Assembly: GCF_006345805.1 (NCBI RefSeq)
Contig: NC_042997.1
Coordinates: 34,906,001-34,970,000, forward strand
Direction of reading: 5' to 3'
Source: Octopus sinensis
Lineage: Eukaryota
DNA length: 64,000 bases
Shown piece by piece: positions 54,172 to 64,000 of the stretch (positions are counted from its first letter, which is position 1; every line of letters begins with the position of its first letter). The notes under the pieces are model-generated. The model was not told the DNA's origin, did no database searches, and worked only from the letters and a program-made list of their open reading frames with translations. A program made the position numbers and the translations under genes.

Positions 54172-54220
54172 TGCATGTATGTATGTATGAAATATATATA
54201 TGTATGTATACATGTGTGGG

Positions 54221-54262
<42 letters not shown>

Positions 54263-54766
54263 TATATATGTATGTATGCATACATGTATGTATGAGATTG
54301 TTTCCCAACGTGATGCATTATATATAAGAATAAACCATTAGAAAATCAGAAACCTTGCAGTAGTTCGAAGATATTTTAATCCTGTGGCTACTAGATGAAA
54401 ACATATATAGAAATAACCATACAGCTGCCAAATTTTACGAATATACATGAATAATTACCTGTGTTGTCAGTGAATGATTGGGAACTTCCGATGTATGTAC
54501 TGAGATTAATTCATATGTTATTCTGTGTCCTAAAACTGATTCATACGTTACTCTTATAAGATATAGTTTTAATTGGCACTTTGTAGCTAGATTAGGAAAA
54601 TATTTGCCTCCAACTTCAGTGCAATGTCATCAATCTTTGAGTGGGGTAGTTGGTCAAATCGAACCGAAAGCTTGACTGGTAGTTTATATGACTGGCATTT
54701 AGAAGGATAAAGTGAAACTGACCTCGGTGGGATTCTGTCAATCTATCGACCTGGTTCGACGAAATA

Positions 54767-55064
54767 TCTTTATATATAAAAGTCAAGTTGTGTGTCTGTC
54801 TCCTACGATTTAGATTCCTAACTACTCCCACATTTTGTGGTGCAGTTATCATTTTTTTCCATTTTAATGCATTTTTTCGCTATTATATAAGGGACGTAAC
54901 TCTCTAAAAATATCTACGATGAGTCAACGATTTAAAAAACATTTACCATAATTTTTTTCCAATTTTTAATGCATTTGTTTGCTATTTTTTGGCTATAACT
55001 CTCTAAAAATGCTTATATAGTTATTTTCCTTACAAACGCGAGCAACGCCGGGCGATACTGCTAG
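54767..55064 (+). mobile_element. Non-autonomous Helitron sharing its 3' end with the 27221 element
   Basis: A|TCTTTATATATAAAAG...GCGAGCAACGCCGGGCGATACTGCTAG|T. Confidence 0.85.
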
Positions 55065-55353
55065 TTACAGATAAATGACACAACTACCATTCTAATTCAC
55101 AGAAATAGTGAGCGTGTTCTTTAATATACACAAGGGCACATGTACATGTAATCTTAATTTAATATCTCTAAAGTATTGGGTATTTTGAGTGTTTATAGCT
55201 AAGAACCTATCGTTATTTACTTTAGTCCCTTTATGTCAAAATTCCAGTTCTGTCCATGTCAAACTAACCGTTTCTTTTTGTTTGGGCCTAAAGTGAATGT
55301 ACATCAAACGTTTCCGTAATTTAGCTCCTTATACACCATTATAACTATCTGGT

Positions 55354-55735
55354 GGAGGCGCAATGGCCCATTGATTAGGGCAGCGGACTCGCGATCGTAG
55401 GATCGCGGTTTCGATTCCCAGACCGGGCGTTGTGAGTGTTTATTGAGCGAAAACACCTAAAGCTCCACGAGACTCCGGCAGAGGATGGTGGTGATCCCTG
55501 CTGTACTCTTTCACCACAACTTTCTCTCACTCTTACTTCCTGTTTCTTTTGTACCTGTATTTCAAAGGGCCGGCCTTGTCACTCTCTATGTCACGCGGAA
55601 TATCCCCGAGAACTACGTTAAGGGTACACGTGTCTGTGGAGTGCTCAGCCACTTACACGTTAATTTCACGAGCAGGTTGTTCCGTTGGTCGGATGAACCG
55701 GAACCCTTATCGTCGTAACCGACGGAGTGCTTCCA
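55354..55735 (+). mobile_element. tRNA-derived SINE, family E
   Basis: GGAGGCGCAATGGCCCA..TTAGGGCAGCGGACTCG..GGTTTCGATTCC head; 3' part gtgctcagccactt.cacgttaatttcacgagcagg. Confidence 0.85.
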
Positions 55736-56304
55736 TATCACTATCTATATAACGTATTTGTTTCGAATTCAATTATCGATAATTTGATATTTTCTTTAAC
55801 CTTTATGGTTTAGAAGCTAACATTATTTTGCAACATTTCGGGAGACTTGTGTCTAATCTGATTTTTTATAAGGGTTCAGGGAGGGTGCACTTGTATTTTT
55901 TACAAATTAAAATAAGATATGACTCGACAAAAGATAGAATGTAATTCAGATTATTAACGAAAAATGTGAAAATATGGTAACTTTACAAAAATATTTTCCT
56001 TTGAATGAATAGAATAGAAATGAAATCCTTTTTCCTTTTGAAATTAAAATTAATTAGTCTTTGATAAACTGATATAGCTAAACAATTTACAATTTCAGCC
56101 GTTGATATTATCATGGAAACAAATATAAAATTTATGATATTATGTATTATGAATTGCCAAGTGGCTAACATTTAACGCTCTGCTATGTGGGAAATATATT
56201 TTATAACCCCCCACCCCACACACACACATACAAATATATACATATATATATATATATATTATATATATATATATATATTATATATATATATATGTATATA
56301 TATG

Positions 56305-56324
<20 letters not shown>

Positions 56325-56335
<11 letters not shown>

Positions 56336-56448
56336 TTGTTGTCTGTTTCTGTCCCACCACCACCACCATCGCGCGACCACTGATGCTGGTGTGTTTATGT
56401 CCCCGTAACTCAGAGGTTTGGTAAGAAAGACCGATAGAATAAGTTCAA
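56325..56448 (+). mobile_element. SINE family A internal fragment
   Basis: gatgctggtgtgtttatgtccccgtaact..agaccgatagaataag. Confidence 0.7.
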
Positions 56449-56480
56449 GAAAATATATATACACACATATATATGTATGT

Positions 56481-56528
<48 letters not shown>

Positions 56529-57689
56529 AGAGAGTATCTCTGTCAACCTGGAGCGGAAAATGTCCTGCTGGTCACGATAGAAAATAACAATTTACTCGAC
56601 TCCTAAGTAAGAGTTTTGCGTTTTATAGACAATTGTGATACTGGAGTATTTCGCTTGGATTTGAATAGTGTGTAAATTTTGAGTATTTCCAGAAGTATTC
56701 TCAGAAATAATGAACCTTTATAGCTGCTAAAAGATAAAAATAATCCGTACCTTTTTAATGGTTGCTTTAAACTTCGGTGCTTTTCATTTAAATATAATGT
56801 ACATCTTCGTTGGAAATTAATCTGTATTGATATGACCTTTTCACGATATTCCAAATCGTGGAATCATTTTTATATCAACTATCATTTTAATTTCCTGCCT
56901 ATTCAATGCAAAGATTTATAATCAACATTATCTCTATAATTCTTTCCACTAGCCTGAATGTAAAACTAGATAAAGAATCTAGCCACCGAAAATAACATAA
57001 ATGTAAGCGCAAAATAATTAAATAATTAACCAACCTAACTAAATAAGACCGTGTGCACCGCCTCGCTAGGCGTTCATAGTACATTTTGTTTCATGGTCAA
57101 AAAGCCAATCTCCTAACCATTAACTACATCTCCAAAATGAATTGGGTTTAGTTAGCAAGCGTATAATCGACTTGGTTTGTAGTATGGTTATAAAGGCTAC
57201 ATCATGAACATGGTAATGCAGATTTTCTGCTATTTAATGATTCAGTAGTGTAGAAACCCAAGCGCAGGATATTCAATTTATGCAGTATAAGGATATGTAC
57301 GCGTAATATCTAAAGCTCTCCTCACTGCTCTGGAATCTAGAAAATTATCTAAGATTTGCTGTGACCTTTAATCCAATATTGACATCAATATTAAAATGAA
57401 TACTATTAATTTGGCTTCGTATTAGAATGTCCTCTATTCATTCATAAACGAGAATGAAATACTTTTCAACACTTACATCATAAGCTAAAATGGTGCGAAT
57501 TACGGAAGCTAAAGTAGTGCGCGAAAGTGCACTTCCCTCGTCTAGCGAAACACCATTGTATAAAGCTGCCCTGTATAAAGACGGTTGTTGAGCAATTTCC
57601 TACAATGTTGATAGTTATACTATAGAGAGATTCAGAAACAACCAAACAAGGATATTTAAAAGTATCAGCAAATACACACACACTGGCGC

Positions 57690-57743
<54 letters not shown>

Positions 57744-58079
57744 ACACACAACACACACACACACGCACAATTCTTTTAAAGAAAAGATATTAGATCAAAG
57801 CCAGAAGGAAACCAGTTCTTTAGAGTCAGCCAAGCATAAGCATATACGCCTCAGTTAAGAATTTCATCGGAGTCAGAAGGATATTCAGCTACTGTGTACC
57901 AGGATCTTTAGGAGAGTGGAGTATAATTTCTTTACTTGATGTGTGTGAAGGTAACTTTTTTGTATGAAGATCTTAGATCGAATGTTTTGTTGTAAAGTAA
58001 AGAGAGCTTAGAAGATGGGTTTGGGCTTTTTATGTTAAAAAGTAGCAGTTTAATTGTCCTGATTAACTTTAACTTGAGT

Positions 58080-58700
58080 GTCATTTGCTGGAAAAGTGAC
58101 AAATTATCTGGGTAGTAGACAAGTACTATAGTTACGATTGAGCTTCGTGGTTGTAGGACTAATACTCATTTTAACTGGCAGGCAGCATACTTGTGTGTTT
58201 ACATATCTCTTTAAAACCTGCCAGTAAGTATTTAGAGTAATAGGCATTTTTGGCCGAGCCTTAATAATATTAATTCTGTGGTTGGAAGATTTCCAGTCAG
58301 TATGTGAATATGGGTTGAATAGAAATTTCAGGTTGTGCAGTTGTAATGTTTTTAGCAGATACAATGTAACTAGTGTAGATGTCAATGTGATTGTGGTATA
58401 AAGGTCAGTAGTTCACTTCAAATCAAAAGAACTTGTTTCGGTGATATTCCTTATCCTGGGTGATTTCATTATTCTGGTATTCATTAAACATATCTTATAG
58501 GTGTCTCGGTGAAGTGTCTAGAAGAAGTCAATCCTAAAAATTTATGTCTGGACCCTTAATGTACTCCTGGAGCAACAAATGAATGGGGTGCAAGGATATC
58601 ACTTTTCAGAAATCGTGTATTCGTTAGAAAATTTGCATTAAAGAAGTAGTTTTCTTGTCTATTTTCTTATTACATCTGTTTGCACGCCTGTAATTACATG
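58080..58700 (-). mobile_element. Possible decayed LINE APE-endonuclease region
   Basis: FNPYSHTDWKSSN and ITLNT loosely resemble the FNAHH..WGS..N and LN..PT APE motifs; heavily degraded. Confidence 0.3.
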
Positions 58701-59042
58701 CCCAATCTTAATTGTTTCATTTGTATTTTTTTCATATTACGTTAACTTTGTGCGTTAACTATAGCCTTGTCTATTTTACTTCAGTCCAAAATATGTTTAT
58801 TAACCTTTTGACACTTTCTAATTAATTCTACCAGTTAAAAACAAAGCAACTTTTTTTGTGTTTTATTTATGTAAGAATGAAAACTTTAATAATTGCCTAA
58901 CATAATCTTCCGTATATTGTTGTACACTTAACCTCCTGATCTGCTACACCGTAACTAAACTGCCCTGGGTATTTTCAACTCTATTCTATATTGTCTAAGC
59001 CTTTTGCTGGTAGATTTTTCTGTCAACACACTGGCATTCTTT

Positions 59043-59225
59043 AAGGTGACGAGCTGGCAGAATCGTTAGCACACCGGGCAAACTGCTTAGCGGCATTTCG
59101 TCATCCATCGCTTCATCTTGAGTTCAAATTCCGCCGAGGTTGACTTTACCTTTCCTTATTTCGGAGTCGATAAAATAAGGACCAGTGGCGCACTGGGGAA
59201 CATGTAATAAATTTAACCCCTATCC
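59043..59225 (+). mobile_element. SINE family B
   Basis: gagctggcagaatcgttagcac.ccgggc..gagttcaaattccgccgagg..gtcgataaaataag.accag. Confidence 0.85.
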
Positions 59226-59377
59226 AGCAATTACTAACCGTATACGAAAATTTTAAATGAGTATACTGAGATTCTGACACCAGTAATCTTTTTATAGAAT
59301 GTAACCTGCAACACTGCCATAAGCACATAAACAGCTGAGGGACACACAGAGACATATATAACTAAACATTCCTTTGG

Positions 59378-59525
59378 TTATGATCACGTGGGATGCAGTT
59401 GATCTGATCAGCGGAAGGGCCTGCTCGTAAAAATGAACGTGCAAGTGACTGAGCATAGTACAAACGCCCCGCCAGGAAACGAACTCACGACCGTGAGTCG
59501 AATATGCTAACCATGAGCCTTCCCC
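59378..59525 (-). mobile_element. Short SINE: tRNA head joined directly to the family E 3' tail
   Basis: rc reads ggctcatggttagcatattcgactcacgg..gagttcgtttcc, then atgctcagtcacttgcacgttcatttttacgagcagg. Confidence 0.65.
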
Positions 59526-59557
59526 CCACACACACATACACACACATTTAGACAAAC

Positions 59558-59601
<44 letters not shown>

Positions 59602-59623
59602 ATATAAGTCTATATATTATATA

Positions 59624-59661
59624 TCTTTCTGTCGAAGAGCGTAGGCTCAAAACGTAAAAGA
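59624..59661 (+). ncRNA. Minimal type-I hammerhead ribozyme motif, core-mutated, in a pLTR-like repeat (to ~59735)
   Basis: TCTTT-CTGTCGA-A-GAGC(gtag)GCTC-AAAACGT-A-AAAGA: stems I and II are perfect and the ACGT palindrome is present, with A6>U and G12>A. Confidence 0.7.
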
Positions 59662-59808
59662 CTTTTTCTATTCCTGAGCACTATACTAATACATTTGTTT
59701 GTACTCCACCTGCCTTCGTCTTTTGTTTATTTTCGTAAACTTTCTCTTTATATATGTATATATATATATATATACTTTCTCTCTTTATGTATATATATGT
59801 ATGTATAG

Positions 59809-59874
<66 letters not shown>

Positions 59875-62314
59875 GCGTGTGTATGCGTGTGCTGGCGCAC
59901 GTTTGTTCAGATAGTATTTGTTTGCGAATGTGTTTACCTAGTATAGTCATAATTCCTCTCGTATACTAAATATTTTGATTAAATTTATGCTGTTTTTTTA
60001 GATACATTCAAGGGCATTTATTTCTGTTTCGACAGCTAAATATGAAGGATGTAGTACATGATTGGCAAGTTTGAAATACTTCATACTGTTCAATGAAATT
60101 GGGAAAATGTAAGAAATCTAAAATATAAAATAATCCAATAATAGTTTTATGACCGGAACTGAAGCAATTATATACTCTAGTTCTGAATAAAGTAGAGTGT
60201 TTGAATTTGGAAGTGAGATGTAAATGTTTCTTCAAAGATAAAAACGGCAATAAGTTCAAAACAACAACAAAAACTGATGCAATATATTCTATCTGTAGAG
60301 AGACAATATTTCATGTCAAAATAAATAAACGAATAATGAAGAAATGATAAAAATAATTTATAAATGTATACTTTTTTATTGCAAAAACGGAGATTAGAGT
60401 GACATTTGAAACCAAAGAATATTTAAATAAATTCTGTCAAATTCGGTAAACTTTATAATTATATTTTCCTTTCAATTTAGAATTGAATTTATTTCATCGA
60501 TATTGATAAACAAAATTTGTTGATGTAATATGTTGTCTACATAAGGTTAATGTAAAACTGTATCTGTATCTTCATCTTTGGAAATTAATATATCTGCACG
60601 ACATGTTTACAAATGGTAATATAAACTATATTATGGTTTATCTCAATATTATTTTTTCTTTCAGAAAAAAATCTATTGACTTCAGTGAGTTTAACAAATT
60701 TCTCGGTGCTTGAGGAAAGGCATTCAGTTATTCAATTTACAAATGTTAATGATTAAAAGCATGAGAAGAGATGAACGTGACAAATACATAAGGTTTCCTT
60801 CTTCACTTGCAAATACGATAGCTTGTACTCTTTCATTGAGAGACAGATAACACACAGCAACAATCTGGACCTAGCTAAATAGTGGTAAAGCAAATATTAA
60901 TCAGTTCAGGTACATTAAAACTTATGGAAAAAAGTTCACACTTCGCTTTCTCTAGTTGCAAGTGGTTAGGAAAAAATTCTCCATTGGATACTAGTCAACT
61001 TTTTTCAGTCATTCTATTTTCTCTCCTCATAAAGAAACAGGAATAATAGGACATGCCTACACTTGTATATATATTGACTAATTATTGGATAATTGTTGTA
61101 ACACCTCAATCAGTCAACAATTTGATTATTCTATCGAATTTACCATGGTAGCAGAGTTATATAAAAATGATCCGCAGCTGAAATTCCCAAAAAATAATTA
61201 TCCCTATCACTTTGTACAAACAAATCCTAAGTTTCCTTTTTCATATGTTCATCCAGTGAATAAAAAACTGAAATTCTTTCTCAATCATAGCTTACTTCCC
61301 TTTCTTTCATGAAGATGAGGTTCTGTTTCCAACGGTCCTGCAGATTACACAGCTGCTTAGTTACCCTTCAAAATGATATACATACCAAGGAGAATAACTA
61401 TGCTAAGTGTTCATGATTTTATTAGTATTTAATAGTATGAAATTGTAAAGATAGTTTCTAATAATGCTAATTTACATTAGAGCTTTCTAATAGGAGATTA
61501 AATAAATTCCATTCCTCCTTTCCATTTCTCAGCTACGTTCATTTCCAGTGAGTTAGACTGAATAGCACCGGTGTGAATCATCCTCATTGAATGATTAAAT
61601 ATCAGAGGCTAAATCACAATAGAACAGAAACCGATAATATCGCTATGATATTCACAATAAGTCATTCTCAGAATAGATTTCAACTTAATTACTCGTATGC
61701 TCATGTTATTGGATTACAGAATATATTGTGACTCTTGACTGACTGTGGAGTTTATTACTGTCACTCCTATTCCTTTTCATCTTTATGTTTTCCCCTTTGT
61801 GTAATCAACCTACCCTTAGTACATACTAAAAACGAACTGCTAACTAAAATAATACTAGATATATTTCATAGAAATTTGCGGTTAGCTATAAAAAGAAACA
61901 GATATATGTTGTAGAGGGTCCCACTCTTTTCTGGGTTGTAGGCCTACTATGGCACTCTGTTTGGTATGACAGTCAGGCAAATGGGTGCTTTTTGAAGGCG
62001 TTTCTTTGAAAGTTTTTCGAAGGGGATCCTGCTAGAAGATTCCTGTGAACTCTTGTGAGAAACCGACTCCTTTACACTTTCCAAATATAATAAAAATATA
62101 ATAAAAATTAGTACACCCAATGCCCAATTGCCCTGTTCTGGTGCACTTTGGTCTAAACTCTATACCATCCATCATTTCTTCATTGCACGAATCTCACATC
62201 CTTTACCTCTCCAAGACACAGATTTTGTGCTCCTGTCTTTAATCCATTCCCTCTTCCAGACAGTACCTTTATTCAGAATTGGTCCTAAAATATCTTGTCC
62301 ACGTTTTCGTAGAT

Positions 62315-62361
<47 letters not shown>

Positions 62362-64000
62362 ATAGATGTATGTAACCTAGATACGGAAAGCATAGCTTCT
62401 TGTTATGTTGTTACTCAGATTCAAATTCCCGCATCACTCGAAATGCTAGATTTTACTATCACTAAACCTCTTTCATGTCAGATGGATATCGTTAGCATAG
62501 ATTCTTAGAGTTTGACCCTTTACTTCAAAACGAGAAACTACTTCAGCCCACCAAAATCACAAAACCAATTGAAACGAATCATGTGAAACAAACCATAGAA
62601 TACGGATCCTACAATTAGGACTGTACAGCTGCGATGCACAGGAGATTTTCATACGATAACCATAGAAATAACACGTGACTTCTTGACATGAAATTTCTCA
62701 TAGACACATTCCATCCTCAGGTCCAAAACCGGGCTGTATCATCTTACCTTTTCTACATATTCTGCAATATTCTATGCTCTTCAGTACTGGTAGGCCATGT
62801 GCTATCGCTACTCTGGCACTTATGCCTGACACGTCGATCTTTCTATTATCCCGTACAGCTAATACTCAAACCAAGGTTCAGTGTTAACACTACATCCAGT
62901 CCTTCTTACGCAGAGCGTCGACCCTCTAGAAATTCTATTATTTGCTGACCTTTCCTGCATTCCTCGACTCTTAGCAGTTTAAGTGAACGTTAATGATATC
63001 AACTTCAATCTTATGAAGTCTGCGTGATCCAGGACACTGCCCCTTCTTCGAAAGTTCATGAACAAAATGGTTTGCAAATGTTTGTATTCAAGTTATGAAT
63101 ATTCAATTCTCAGTGTATAAATGAATATATGAGTTACTTAATATATTCACTTTTACACTGGCAATTTTCTCAAATCTGGTGTACTTATTGGAATGGTTTT
63201 ATTTGTTATTCGTTTCCTAATACGGTTTCAACTGACTAGATTTCATAAAATCAAAAACGTTTGCAGCACGTTAATTTAATGTATCTTTATTTTATTTTAT
63301 TTTATTTCACCAATTATGAATTTTTTAGTATTGTTCATATTGTCTTTGTTTTTTGATGTTGTTCCTTGGGTTTAAAGAAATTCATTTCTGTAATTTATTT
63401 TTATATTTAAAGCTTTTAAAACATCTTTTATTTTGGTTTGGCATTAACATCGAAATATTTAAAAGTATGTTTTTTCTTTCCAACCTCACCATTGTTTTTG
63501 TTTTGTATTAGCGGTCGTCTTACTTTTGTTGTCATAATTGTGTTTCTCGTTTTTGGAAGTTATATTAAGCCTGACCTAGCAATTTCTATACATTTGCAAT
63601 AATGCTTTTTAAAGTTTGTTCCTTACGCACTAAATATATAGTTTTCATAATATGGAACGTCGACGACACAAGAGAACCGAAAATAATCCACATTGCTACG
63701 TAGTCTGACTACTCAACAATATTTAGAAATGAAAATTAAAATTAATAACATAAAAAAAATAGTGATACATAACAAAAATGAAATACATAAAAATAACGTT
63801 TGTATAGGATATAAAAGCGACGAATAAAATTCGAAATGTGAAGAAAGGAAATAAAAAGTAATAAAATAATATAAATGAACAAGAACAAGATGTGTGTATG
63901 TATGTATGCTTGTGTATATATACATACATATATATGTATGTATTTGTGTGTCTGTATTTTACATATACGTATGTGTTTTAGTATAAAAGCTTGAGGCAAA

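Noticed and set aside
62100-63060. GC-richer stretch as a possible exon
   Set aside because: Stops in all frames examined. It is most likely old LINE debris, but the motifs were too weak to annotate.

Overview
Eukaryotic, very AT-rich, microsatellite-saturated DNA. Its SINE, Penelope and Helitron repertoire points to a coleoid cephalopod, most likely Octopus (inference). Almost all of the window appears to be intron of one minus-strand Cys-loop receptor gene. The only host coding sequence I can support is a single 542-bp internal exon (21342->20801) of a nicotinic acetylcholine receptor alpha-type subunit. It covers the Cys-loop, loops B and C, M1, M2 and the M2-M3 loop. I could not find the neighbouring exons (WxPD-YN upstream, M3/M4 downstream) in the window. 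The subunit keeps the vicinal Cys-Cys, TrpB and a cation-type pore but has changed all three residues of the Y190/K145/D200 gating triad. The introns hold a TIR-complete deleted mariner and a TIR-complete Tc1 whose left TIR carries a recent copy of neighbouring DNA. They also hold a Penelope-like element, four degenerate minimal hammerhead ribozymes, three non-autonomous Helitrons and two foldback MITEs. Several tRNA-derived SINE families are present (one nested with a TSD, one sharing its 3' stem-loop with a LINE fragment), along with RTE/LINE debris. Nearly all ORFs in the supplied track are microsatellite artefacts. All alignments were done by eye; no database searches were run.
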